Position numbers and translations under genes: made by a program
Part shown: in pieces, positions 40,502 through 53,031 of the stretch
Position numbering within the stretch: the stretch's first letter is position 1
How the letters are laid out: every line of letters starts with the position of its first letter
Source of the DNA: Octopus sinensis
Lineage: Eukaryota
Direction of reading: 5' to 3'
Assembly: GCF_006345805.1 (NCBI RefSeq)
Contig: NW_021825323.1
Span: 1,229,440-1,293,439 of the forward strand
Length of the DNA stretch: 64,000 bases
The notes under the pieces: model-generated
The model's database searches: none
Told to the model about the DNA's origin: nothing
Seen by the model: only the letters and a program-made list of their open reading frames with translations

Positions 40502-42430
40502 TTAGCACTTCACATTTCATTTCCAATTACAAGTCTGTATTTGGGAATCATAAAGAAGATTTTCGGGGCAATTAACAACAAATCCTTTGTATCCAACATG
40601 TGAACATAAAAAAACTTCGAACATTCTGGATGTTTATGAATGCCAGGTTTGATACAAATCAATTCTAGATTTAGTTAAAAAACAACCTTCATTAATAATT
40701 TCGAATCCGTCTAAATTGTCCGTGGTCATTTTTTTAGTATTTTTTTCATAATTGTTTTTTGTAGCTATGACATATATTATACTAATAACATGTTTTTTGA
40801 AATGTCGTTTTCATCCTGTTTTTATTTGTTTTAATAGAATTATTCTTCAAATTTATTTAAAAACCAACATGAACGGATGATATTTTACTTTGCTTGGTTG
40901 TATTTTCTAATGGTTTAATATTAATTATATCAAATTCAGTTTCACCAACTGAGTGCGTTGTCTAGTTTAATAAATTTACAAAAATAACAAGCATAGCAGT
41001 TTCATTTTTATCAACATTGTTGTTATAAATTTTTTTGCTATTTATCCAGTCCTATAGTGTTTAGTTTCTACAATAGTTACAATTCCTGGATAAATTCCCA
41101 ATGATTCGTGCATTTGACCAATCAGTGGACTTTTCCCTTGATTACATATTTTTCCCGAAAAGTCGTCAAGACCCAGTGTCCAGACCATCATTCCTCGCAA
41201 AGAATTTTCTTTCACGTATTTTGCCATTTAACTATTTCAAAATATTGTACCTTTTCTCGAATACTTCTTTTTGTCTCGATTCCAATCCAATAGTGATTTT
41301 TAACTCCGTGAGACACTTTTTGTTTATTGTCCCAAATTTCTTGATAATTTTCATTGCAATACTAAGTTATACATATAAATAAAACTTCGATAAAGCCCAA
41401 AATCCCTGGAGTATATAATACGTTTCCTTGAGGAGTCCCTCCAATTTTTTTATCACCAAGCTTTCCGTTTTTGTTAGCAATTTTAAACCCTTGTCCATAT
41501 GTCCCCAATCCGATTACTAATTTCGACCTATTTGCTCCATTTTTGATGTAATAATTAACTGCAAAATCCTAAATTGTGATAAATCATTGTTCAATACAGT
41601 ATTGAACTCGTCATTATCATTTGTCCCGTAAAGTCCGCTATGATGCCCAACAGAGTTCGAAAATTGTCCATAAAAATCATACGTCATTAAAAAAATTAAA
41701 TCAAGATATCTAAATAAGAAGAAAAAAATACTTCGATAAATCTGGAATGTTTAATGAGTTTTCAATCGTTGATCTGCCAGCAGAAACTGCCGCAGTCAAC
41801 ATGTATTTTTTAGATTTATTCTTTTTAAAAACATTACTCATTATCTATTTGTAAAAATAGATTAGAAAACTTTGATTAGTCGAGAGAAAGATTCCTTTTG
41901 ATTGTTTGGATATTCCCAATCAATATCAAAACCATCAAAATTATATTGAGACAAATATTTCATTGTGTTTTTTGCAAAAATATGTGCATTTCGGGCACTT
42001 TTTGATATTGTAGTAAATTCTGAAAGTTGCCTTGCCCATCCTCCCACAGAAAGTAATATTTTCAGATCAGGATTTACTTTTTTTAACGACGTAACTTTTT
42101 CAAAATTTCCCTTTCCATCTAAAAATTATTTAACCCATTAAAGAACAATTTTTTTCTAAATCAGAATATTCGTCCTTTGATGTAGGTTTCAAATTAACAA
42201 TATCAATATTACTGAATGCATATAATATATGTGTGCAAAGATATGGATACATATCTTCAGCTTTATAAGAAGCTAGCCCATTTCGATAAACTGCCCAATT
42301 TGTGTAATAACAAGCCAGAATTTTATCTAACATAAAATATTAGTTTAACCGTCTTTTTTGTTCTTAACTATAAATTGCTGCATTAAAAAAATCTAATTTA
42401 AACATTATTTGTATAAAACAATACCAACAT
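40502..42430 (-). pseudogene. GH18 chitinase + CBM14, copy B
   Basis: Near-identical to A3, with a 5-nt deletion near the start (about 42424) and a 1-nt deletion in CBM14 (about 40610). Confidence 0.9.
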
Positions 42431-43989
42431 TTAATTACATATATACTCAGTTGTACATTTATATTGCAACTAATTAAATTTTTCTGTTACAGGCAGACAC
42501 CTGCTTATAATTTGAATTTTATAATCATGATTAGTAAAATTGATTAACGAAAAGAAGTTAATTAATTCCACAAATAATATTTTCCCCTATAATCCAACAA
42601 AAATAAAAAAAACTTAAAGTAATTCGTTATAATAAAATATCGTATTTTTTCCATTTAACTTAACATTTCCGATAGGCTAGGAATGTGAACGGCGTTAATC
42701 TCGACGTGGTTTAAAGCATTTGGAGTAAATTCAAATGACATTCCAGATTTATACGTATCTTCAAATAAATTTATAAACTTGTGATATACAGTCGTCTCCA
42801 AAAAATTTCCCATAAGGCAGGACTTCATCAAACCCCATACTATTGACACAAAATAACAGATTGAATGGATTCCTTCAGCTAAATATAAAAATTAATGGTC
42901 ATAGTGCCTTTCGGTTGTTTTAATTTTTGGTTTTTGAACAGAAACGATATTCCCGCAATGAGTTTCAATTTTTAAAAACTCTCTATTTGAATGAAGTAGA
43001 GCACTTTTATTCTAATAATCGTACCAAATGCCCTTAAGAACGTATCCATTTATTTTAAAGTTATTCTAAAGTTGTATAACCAGTAAAAGCAGGTGGAAAT
43101 AAAATAATAAAACCCCAAATAAACTGGTCATCAATCATATGAGTGTTCAAATCTTTGTTCCACTTTATAAGAGATTGAAATTGTCAGGCTTAAACTGAAA
43201 CAATCATTAAAATAGTTTCTCGCAAACATGGCAGATTGGGTATTTAAACTTCATAGTTTGACTCATTCAAAACGTATGATTATCCATTTATATATTAGAT
43301 TGTTGTCATCCGTGGTTTGGACTTACAAATATATTCACGTTTACAAAGTCTCATTTTGGGAAGTTAAAATTGACATGGGTTACAACGGGATAAACTCAAA
43401 ATGGCAATCAACCGTTTTTAACGGATCTGCTGTGAAAATAAATGGCAAAACAACAAAAATCAAATTTTCGATAATTGATGAAAAACAGACATTGTAATTT
43501 AATAATGGTTTCCATTCTATTCTGGATCCCACGTGTTGGACAAGAATGGCGGGGAACGCTTGGATAAAGTGACACTTTTTACTTTTTTTAACAAAAAGAA
43601 ACTTCACGTGGGTAAACTTCTTTTTTCAAACATGTCACTTGATGAAAAAGAAAATCTTCAAATACTAATGTCTCATAAAGGGTCACATTTTTACGTCAAA
43701 TGGAGTGGCGACCGCTGTATGCTTTGGAAAATTTTTGTTTTTCTTGAAATCAGAGAACTGCCAAAGGATTAAAAAACAAGATTCTTGTGAGATGACAGAC
43801 TCTTAGAAAAGATCTTGGTTGCTTCCCTCAGGACCAACTATCTCTCAATTTTTAATACGTTTTCGGCTTAATAGTGAATTATTAAAAAAAATTCAACTCT
43901 CTAAACTTATAATTAAAAGTGTGGGGAAATATCTACGAAAGAAAATTCATCGGCTTTAATTAAATGTCTAGAAATTCACGAATACTCCA

Positions 43990-44160
43990 ATACGCATTTC
44001 GATTGTTGTACAACAAACCCGATATTGTGGTCCACGATAAGTTCACCGGGAGATTGTTATTGAGGAGATGGACATCACGTGCCTAGATCGTTTGCACACA
44101 GGAAAAGTGAAGAAAAGGAGGCATTATGATCTTCTTGAAAACAAGCTATGGATTTTTGAT
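43990..44160 (+). mobile_element. Degenerate R4/NeSL-like endonuclease fragment
   Basis: YNKPDIVVHDKF...EMDIT...HYDLLENKL parallels YNKPDIFVHDKV...EVGIT...KYDLLASEL of the 30-kb element. Confidence 0.7.
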
Positions 44161-45910
44161 ATTGTCTGTTACTGAGCAAATTAAAATTTTTTTAATTTTT
44201 ACTCTTTTAAAAGACCAAAATAAACAAGCTGTTATATTCAAAAGTAAACTTTTTAATAAACAAGCATCAAAGTAAATTTGAATTTGCCGTCCTTTTGAAG
44301 AAGCTTTCTATCCTATCTGTTTCGGTCTCGTTTAATTATGACTTTGATGATTATTTCATTTTTTCTTATCGGCTTGCCACGCTGGTATCAGTTGGTATGG
44401 CCCTATCAACACGCACCAGTCCAATCGAGATAAGTGATTGAACTGAATAGCTTTTTTATTATTTTTTTTGATGAAAAATTTTTGAAAAACATGAATATAC
44501 TTCACGCCTTGAATTTTCTATCAGAGTCGTGATGTTTCTTGTTGTTTACTTTAATTGTGAGCAATTCTTCTCCCAATATTGTGGATGAAGGCTTTTGTGA
44601 GTTTTCTAAAGACTTTTTCATTGATAACTCGTTTTTGCGAACTTATGCTTTTTTGAGATGCGAATCTTCCAAAATTCTACATTTTAATTTAACACTTTTA
44701 ATTCTCCTTTATCAAAATGGAGACTAAACATTGTCTAAATTTCTGAAAAAGTTTAGTATTCAAAAGGGTTTAATATTTCTGTTTAATCTCAGAAATGGAA
44801 CAAGTCCAGGAAATCAAAAACTTTCTTAAGATTGAACCATAAAGAAAACTTTCTTAAGATTAATATTATCGCAGTTTTTTCATCGATTTATAAATGTCTG
44901 GCCTTTTTCAATGCCTCCTTATTTAACGTGGTTTTTAGAAATCAGACAAAAGCCATGAAAGTAGTCAGAGTTGCTGTTCACGTATTTCGATACCAGTTTA
45001 CAAAAAAATCCCGAATTTTATTAGTATTAGCATCAAAGTAAAAACATTGATCTATTAATTCTAAAATTTTTGACAAGACAGTGTCTTTATTGCGCATTCG
45101 ATAAAGTAAAACGATTAAATCATTCTTTGCCGCTTTTTAATAATGAGCACTTTCTAAAATGTGTCATTTCTTATCTACCGAATTAGGGATGTTTTGCTAA
45201 AATATATGATTTCATTGCTCAACGGTCAGATTCTTTAAGCTAAAATGATTTATTAACCGGAAAATGTACAAATTGTGGGTTTTGCTATTTAGTTAACAAA
45301 TAGAGTTTCAAAAAAGCAAACTTCATATATGTATGGAAAGACAAGAGAATACTCAATATAAAAAAATCGAGGATTTATTTCTGAAGAATAGAATATTAGC
45401 ATCATCCAGAAGAATATTAACTTCAGAATATTAACTTCACCCTTAAATGAGTGTAAACCTTTTGAATTTAAACAGATTTAAATCTAATAAATCTAAATTT
45501 ATTCCAATCTATTTTCCACAAGAAAATTTAATAGCTCATATAAACTAAAGTGCATAAAATCGGCTTACTTTGCGCAAAAATAATTATCATTAAAAATCGA
45601 CAATTTATTTGAATATTGATTTTTTTATTTTATTTTAAATCCTAAAATATTATGTGGTTTTTGAAGCTTTAATTAATTATAACTATTATTATGAGCTATT
45701 TAATGACATGAAATGTTAATCAGGACATAATATTCTACGACAACCCTCATCTCTTATGTTCATCTTCTATAGCCGGTACTGAGGGAAATGTGTGTTTCTA
45801 ATTCAGAAAAACCATTATTTAATATTTTAAATTATTTTTATTAAGTTTAATAATTATCTGTGGTTTATGCAGTTTTCATAAAGTAATAAATCATAAAAGA
45901 TTTAAATTAG

Positions 45911-47037
45911 ATGAAATCTATAGCAGCCTGTCTATATGAAGACAAACTAAAGCATATAAATTATGAAAAATTGGTGATTCTCTGTCGGTTTCAATAATCT
46001 TGATTAAATATTTTCCAGGAAAAAGAACATAAATCTTTTCAAAGTTAGAATATGGGTTATCATGAACTAGTTTAATTTGAACCATTTTAATGAATCAAGT
46101 AACGACAGCCCAAGTGCATTTTTACACAAATTTAAAAATCCACGTGACACAAATACTCTCAAATTCATTGTATAAATGTAATATTGCAATCTATTTAGAA
46201 ATTGTTATCTCAGCACCCCGAAGCACTCCCAATAGACCCACCCACTGCCATACTTCGGCTTTATGATCGATTGGAGCAATACAAAGGTTTGCAGGAATGC
46301 TTTGAAAACGGTAGTTTACTTACTTGGACGTTAGACGAGAGAATTTTCTGTCCTTGGTTCGCTCCAATAACTCCCGAACTGGTTCCTCCTAATTTTCCGA
46401 TAAGTAAAATGTGATAATTACAATATTCAGTAATCAAGACCGTCGACGCCTGTGCAGTGAATGCACACTCCGTTCATAATTTATAAACTCAATTCTCGAT
46501 AGATGTCCATTGTCTTTGATTCTGCAGGTTTTGGAGTCCTGACAGACCGCCTGGGACAGGAATACCGGAACCACGACGGAGTTATGTTCAAAATATATGT
46601 CGTTGGTCATTATTACAATGTCCAAGCTCGCCAGTCAAGCACTAACATGTTTCCAGGTATTAAAAAATTTTTGTAAGGCTCAGACAAACAAGAGCCAATC
46701 GAGTTTCATTCACAGTCTATTTGCAAGAAATCTATTGCTGACTCGGCTGATCGACTCATTCCCTGGAACTCGCCAGACGATGAGACAATAAAATCTGCAG
46801 CCTTCGCGATTTCAAAGAAATTTGGAATTTCGTTGTTCGGATTTGACGTTCTAAAAGATTCTCTAACAGGCAAAATTGCGATAATTGACATTAATTATTT
46901 TCCCTGTAAGTGTTTTGATTATATTTACAGCATATGATAATATGGTCTCTGTTTCTGAATGTTTAGCATCGTTTTTTGATACTATTCTATCGAGGGATTA
47001 CTCCACAGAATTGGCTGCGTATGAGAGAGTAATCTAA
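45911..47037 (+). CDS. ITPK1: Inositol-tetrakisphosphate 1-kinase; in-frame TAA at 46074-46076 unless a non-canonical acceptor is used
   Basis: LHKF, DPPTAI..LYDR, FP.IKT...HSMSIVF, QEYRNHDGVMFKIYVVG and SLFGFDV...IIDINYFPSY. Eight introns of 21-31 nt. Confidence 0.9.
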
Positions 47038-47751
47038 TTCATTTTTTCAATAAATTATTTGGTTTCAATTGTTTCCACCGAGTGGTAATACCAAAAATTT
47101 CGATCGATGTTCTCTTGCTCGCCACTATTTTTAAAAGTTTGTTTTAAGGAAAATATTTTTTGGTTAAACTATTTTTTAGATAAAATGTTTTCTATTAGGC
47201 TAGGCTTAACATGCGCACGTCTACTAGATTTTTTTAAGTAAAAAAATTCGAATTGTTTCATACACTAAGGAGAATAAAAATCAATCGACGTCGAAATTGG
47301 TAATTCGCAGAAAATGAGCAGTATTCTATAAATATTTGATTAAGTTGATACAAATCAATTCATCATTCACGAATTAGATAAGATGAAAGATTGGCTTAAT
47401 ATTAATCCTGATTCTTTGATTTTTGATTGTTAGAATAAATAACTTGCGAAAAATTCTTTTGTGAATACCGAAGAAGCATAAAAGATACCTAAAAATTAAA
47501 AGCATTTTTTATCAAAAAGAAAAATTTCGATATAAATTTGCCTGAGGTGAATGCCGTCATAGGTCATATGCTGAGTCAATATTTTTTGTCGGTCATAAAA
47601 GATGACAAAAAAGAGAGGATTTAGTATACTAAAAAAACAATTAATGTACTTCCTTTTATAAAAATGTATGAATAATTTTAGATTTTAATATTCGGATATC
47701 TGACCTAATTAGATTGTTTAAATTACATACCGGCGCTCAATTCTTTACTAA

Positions 47752-49333
47752 ATGTCTTTGACAAGTAATAACACAACTCTTATAATTCAGCATTAGAAAA
47801 TGTCCGAGGGAGAGGAATAGTAGTGACATCTACATTTTTTTGTTTGAGTATTATGTATACACAGAGAGTCAATCTAAATGTGGTTGCTGCAGAAATTGTT
47901 ACTGTTGACCAAAATAACACAAATAATGTAAATAAGCATATATGATTTCAAGAAACTGTTTGTTTGGACTACTGGAGAACGAGGAGGCGCTTTTATGTCG
48001 TTTTATATAGGATACACTCTGACTCAAATTCTTGGTGGAGTGTTGGCTAAAAAATATGGTCAAAAATTAATTCTTACCATCTCGATCATAATATCAACTG
48101 CAATGTGTGTTGTTTCCCCCGTGGCAATTGAATACTCTGTTTATGCACTGATAGCTGTGAGAATAATCATGGGACATGTACAGGTCTAAAATGTTTTAAA
48201 GTTTTTAGGCATGCCTTTTGCCTGCAATCTTTCTCATTATTGTGAACTGGTTTCCGGACAATTATCGAAGCACAGCCAGTGGAATGATCATACCAGGTAT
48301 TTTTTTATTGATAATTTTCAGGGACCAATGTTGGTTCTATTTTAGCTTTTTCGGTTGTTTCTGGGCTGGCAAAAAACGAGTATCCATGGAGTACTTCCTT
48401 TTATATTTTTGGCATATTTTTTGCAGTTAATTTTATTTTCAGGAGGTTCAGCAACTCTTTATTTAATATTTTTTCTTGTCTTTTTTACCGACTCTCCAAA
48501 TTATAACAAATGGATCACTTCAGAAGAAAAAAAATTTTTGGAAGAAAACGTTAGCTTAAAAACTTCCAGGACTATAAGGGCAAAATTTTGATTTTATTTT
48601 TAGGATTTCCCGTGGCGTCAAGGACTGACCTCAAAAGTATTTTTATCCTTAATATTTGCGCATTCTGCGGGGACATATAGCCTGTTTTTTATTATTAGTT
48701 ATATTCCGTGGATAATCGACGGGTTGTATAATATCCAAGTAAAAAATGTATTTTTGAATAAATAATAAATTGCAAACGGAAATTACATTTTTGGTTCCAA
48801 TCCTTATTTGGCTTGGAGGATTTGTTTCATGCTATTTATTTGACGTTCTTGCCCAAAGGAAGGTAATGGGGAAATTAAAGTTGAGAAAACTGCTTCATTT
48901 TCTTGGTTTCTATTAAACATAAATTATATTAATCAGGACAGATTCCAGTAAGCATCTTCATGTTGTGTGCCACTCTAACATGTAATAAATTTGTAGGGAT
49001 TACGTGCATTATGATCGCTTGTTTTTTGATAGGAGTATCTCTTTCTGGGGCCTTGCCAACTATTGTCGACATTGGACCAGATTATAGTAGTATATTGATT
49101 GGTATTGCAAACACACTGGGGTCTATTTTTGGAATCATTGCAATCTTTTCTACATCTGAGATTGTGACATTGAGAGTTTGATCAAATAATATTTTTAGAA
49201 TGATTTTAATCAATGGAGGATTGCTTTTAGCATAATGCTTGCAGTCCATTTCGTATCCGTCTTGTTGTTTACAGTTTTTGCACAAATCGAGATTCAGACA
49301 TGGGCAAAAACTAAATCAGTTTCAGAAAATTAA
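47752..49333 (+). CDS. SLC17 (sialin-like) MFS anion transporter; two GC-AG introns and one intron without AG
   Basis: YTQRVNLNV, SFYIGYTLTQILGGVLAKKYG, DSPNYNKWITSEEK, DFPWR and TIVDIGPDYSSILIGIANT are SLC17 family motifs. Ends TAA 49331-49333. Confidence 0.88.
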
Positions 49334-49861
49334 CTAAAGCTAACAGTTAATTCCACAAATAGTTAATAGTTAACTTTGTTTTCTCTGTTGAGTTCATTTA
49401 TTTGGCTCGAAAACCAGGGTTGTATCAAAAAAAGTTTTTCACAATGTACTTTGTAACCTCGCATAGGCAGGACACATATATAATTTTTTAGTAGAGAACA
49501 GTTAATGCAAAGTAATTGTAGAACAAACGAAATAATCTGTATTTCTTTGGTAATTGTAGCGCAACCAAAACAATAATTCTGCCAACTTCTGGAATCCGTA
49601 GTGAAATGGTAATATTTTTTCTCAATTTAAAAATGTAAAAAATCTGTCCATGGTAACTTCGCAAAACAGCATAGCTCATAGAATAATGACGACCTTTGTA
49701 TTTCCATCTCGGTCCTTTTTTTCTTAGATTAATCATCGAATTTCAAAATTTAAAGACTTAACAACAGTTTTCGTAACACACAAAAATAACAAAATAAAAC
49801 GAGATCTAAGTCAACTAACCCTGATCATTGACTAACACAGCATTTATTAAATAATTTAAAT

Positions 49862-50963
49862 CTACTCATCTTCGCTACTACAATATGACACCAGTCCATT
49901 CGAAGGGGATTCAACCACCGTCTTCTTACACACAGGCAACGACGCGCATTTAAAATCAGTGGCATGAAACGCCTTTGTAGCAATATCAGCCATTCTTTGG
50001 TTTTTACCCACCAAATTGTTGATCATCAACTGCGACGACGAATTTCTACTGGCTGATAATTTGAGTGGGACACCCTCCACGACACGCCAGTTCTTCTTGC
50101 CTATACCTCACCAACAACCACATCAACCAGTATTCTCAAATCGTCGCTGCAGTTCTTTTATTCCAGCCATCACTGCGTAATCCGTGCTGGACTCGGGGAG
50201 AAGTTTCACCACATTAAGACCACGTTTTTGGCCAAATTACTGTCCTTCATTTCCTCAATACTTCTCCTCTTCCTCTCTGCCTAATAAACTGAATAAAGAC
50301 AACAAACTCTATAATGGTCTCTGGCAATCGAATTGAGGTCATAGTCGATTAAATACTTCTCTCGGCTTTCGTGGATAAGCCCCAACTCACTTTTCTTTTC
50401 CTTCGCCTTCAATTCGTCTCCAAAGTCATGTTCCAACTTGAACATTGCATCAGTCAACATCCTCTTCTTATCCTCCCTGTCAGTGGTCAGGATTTGTTCG
50501 TTGGCTTCAGGATCCCACCTCTCCTCCTTCCGTCTGCCTCAACTGTGGACGACATATTCCAATCCCTGGGAATGCTAGAGGAGGGTACTTTTGGATTTGT
50601 TTGTACTTCGATGATGCCAGTGCAATTGTGGCATCTCATTTTGAATCGGAAGATGGGGGTGGAGTAGTACATTCCCACTTTCCTCTTCTCTGCATCAAAT
50701 CGGACTCACATGGCCACATGTTCTTGACATCCATCACACCAAAAGTCGAAGGGCATCTCAAATCTAGTCATTAGATTGGTTGGGATGGTCTAACCGAATA
50801 ACACGTGTCTTCACTCCCATTGTTATTTTTGATTTTTTGGCATGGTCTGCTAGGACTTGATCAAGGGTTCCATGGGAAGGTTCAAATCCGGGGGCATAGT
50901 ATTTATTCACGTTTTTCCGTTCTGCCTAATTGGAAGGGATAGATTAAAAAATTGTGGAACCAT
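49862..50963 (-). pseudogene. YJU2B: YJU2B/CCDC130 splicing factor; two in-frame TGA codons and a 1-nt frameshift
   Basis: M/AERKNVNKYYAP...RFEMPFDFWCDGC...VGMYYSTPIFRFKMRCHNC...RKEERWD..NEQILTT..TDAMFKLEH. TGA at 50706-50708 and 50539-50541; T5 at 50225-50229 where T6 is needed. Confidence 0.9.
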
Positions 50964-51224
50964 AACACACACCAGAGAGAAATAGTAACTAATAATTTAT
51001 TAAATAAAATAAAATTTTTTTTAAATACAAAAAATAATAATCAATATAAACTGTTCAATTTTGAAAGAAAAAATTTATTTGATTACGAAATCTGAATAAT
51101 GCCGTCCTTGTACCAAGTTAATTTCTTTATAAGAGAATATTTCTGGCAATTTAAAACATTATAAATTTATTTTATTGATCAAAAAAATTAATTTTAATTT
51201 AAATAAATTAATCATCCACGTGAT

Positions 51225-53006
51225 ATGCACTACATTTCAGATTTGAATACAACTGATAACAAAGTGTAATATAACTACATAAATCATAACCAGTCTCTGC
51301 TACAACTGTGGACAACCAATAGTCAGAAACGCCTGCAACATTTGTGTAACATGTCTACGATCCACAGTCGACATTACCGAAGGAATCCAACGACAATTCA
51401 CAATCAATTCCTGCAATCACTGCGAGAGGTTCCCCCACCCAACCACCTCAGAGTACTCATCCACCATTCCAAGTTCGTGTCTGCTGCCCCCGAATCACGA
51501 GAACTCCTCTCAATATGTCTCAAACGAATCCTCAACCTCCAAAGCCTAGTTCGCCTGGTGGATGCCAGTTTTGTGTGGACTGAGCCTCACAGCAAACGAA
51601 TAAAAGTCAAATTAGTGGTGGAGAAGGAGGTAAGGGAGAGGACTAACCCACAGGTGATGAATGGACTGTGTTTGCAGCAGAGTGTGGTGGTGGAGTACAT
51701 TCTGGTCAATCAAATGTGTGGGGACTGTCAGAAAGTGGAGAACAAGGACTACTGGTGTTCGGTAGTGCAGGTCAGGCAGAGGTGTGACTGTCGGAAAACC
51801 ATGTTCTACGTAGAACAAGTCATTCTCAAGTATAATCTCCACATCAATGTAGTCGGTATTAAAAAACAGCGAGGTTTGTCTTTCTATTTATTCCAGATGG
51901 ACTTGATTTTTATAGTAATAAAAAGAACAACAAAATGAGTCATTTGATAGCACAATTCGTGCCTTGTCGGTTAGTTCTCTCCCCACAATGACAGTGTCAC
52001 TAATTCTAAACAACTTGTGTCTCAGGATGTGCAGAATAGTATTGCTTTCTACCACTTTACTACTTTTGTTGAGATTATTCCTCTCAATAAGGTAAATTAT
52101 GTTTTGATAGTGGAGGACTCACTCGTCTGTCTTCCTCACAATGTGGCTAATTCTCTGGGAGGGATTGGGCAGTTGTGTCTTTGCTACAGAGTGTCACAGG
52201 ATATTCACTTGATTGATCCTTCCACTTGCCAGAGTTAGATTTTTCTATTTATATTCAGTTTCCACACTTTCGTCGAATATGTATTGGAGACATGTCATTC
52301 CAGAATTACTGTCCAGTAAGGCATTGCAGCATTTTATGGTCTGTGAAATATCCCCAACTCAAAGGACTGTCCCACATCAATGGATTGTTTCTAATAAAGT
52401 ATTTATTGATAATAATTTATTTAAAGCACTCACTTTCTGACGTTTGGGTGGTACCTGCATCTTCCACTCAATACGATCAAATTCACACGCGGACTCACCT
52501 CAAACTGAAGCCGGGGGACTATGTCTTGGGGTGGTGGTCTGACTATTCAATTGAAGGTACGACTTGGGCAACTCGAATGTGAACAATGAAGAGTACGAGA
52601 AGTTACAAATGTCGAAGAAGGGCGAATACATTCCTTCTCTGGTCATATATTTTAATATTTGTAGATACTCGTCAAGAAGTTTTATTATCGGCAATTTAAG
52701 CGTCGTCGGGCCAGGAATTGGAAACTCCGCAGATTGGCTGACAGCAAGAAAGTGGAAGAGGAGTCAAATGTGGATAAAGTTGAAGAAGACGCGTTCGGTT
52801 TGTGTGCTTAGTTTGCAGAGACTATGAGAACTTTTTGGACGATTTGGAGGAAGACCCCCTCAATAGACTGGAGGTGAATATCTATAGGGGTTGTGTTGAG
52901 TAGTATTGTTGTAGATCTGGAGAATTTGAGAATAAGTGATGTCGACTCGGAGGACAGACCTGTCATTGAACTTAGCGAGATGTTGTCCCATATGGATATT
53001 GAATAA
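51225..53006 (+). CDS. NMD3: 60S ribosomal export protein NMD3, apparently intact
   Basis: CYNCG...CVTCL, ESRELL, FVWTEPHSKRIKV, VVQVRQ, DGLDFY and DYENFLDDLEED. All 12 introns read are GT-AG, 23-28 nt, and the frame is open to TAA. Confidence 0.95.
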
Positions 53007-53031
53007 TTTTTTTCTAATTCTTTTCCAAATA

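Larger units (their letters stand above)
26334..42860. repeat. Segmental duplication copy B
   Basis: Collinear with copy A, carrying its own insertions (30042-32132, 39487-39790) and deletions. Confidence 0.95.

Noticed and set aside
42860-45050. Coding-like ORFs 43228-43497, 43380-43607, 43533-43772 and 44539-45041
   Set aside because: I could not build a consistent spliced frame or recognise a family. It may be a decayed gene, but the support is insufficient to annotate.
16658-45913. AG immediately before the ATG of QCR8 and ITPK1 as evidence of spliced-leader trans-splicing
   Set aside because: An ordinary 5' UTR microintron explains it, with plausible GT donors just upstream. Other genes lack the pattern and no SL RNA gene was recognised. 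It needs 5' cDNA ends.
50539-50708. UGA reassigned to glycine in the nuclear code
   Set aside because: Only YJU2B shows it, and the same gene also has a frameshift. aPKC, NMD3, ITPK1, SLC17, QCR8 and chitinase use GGN at conserved glycines with no internal TGA. GGA>TGA point mutation is simpler.
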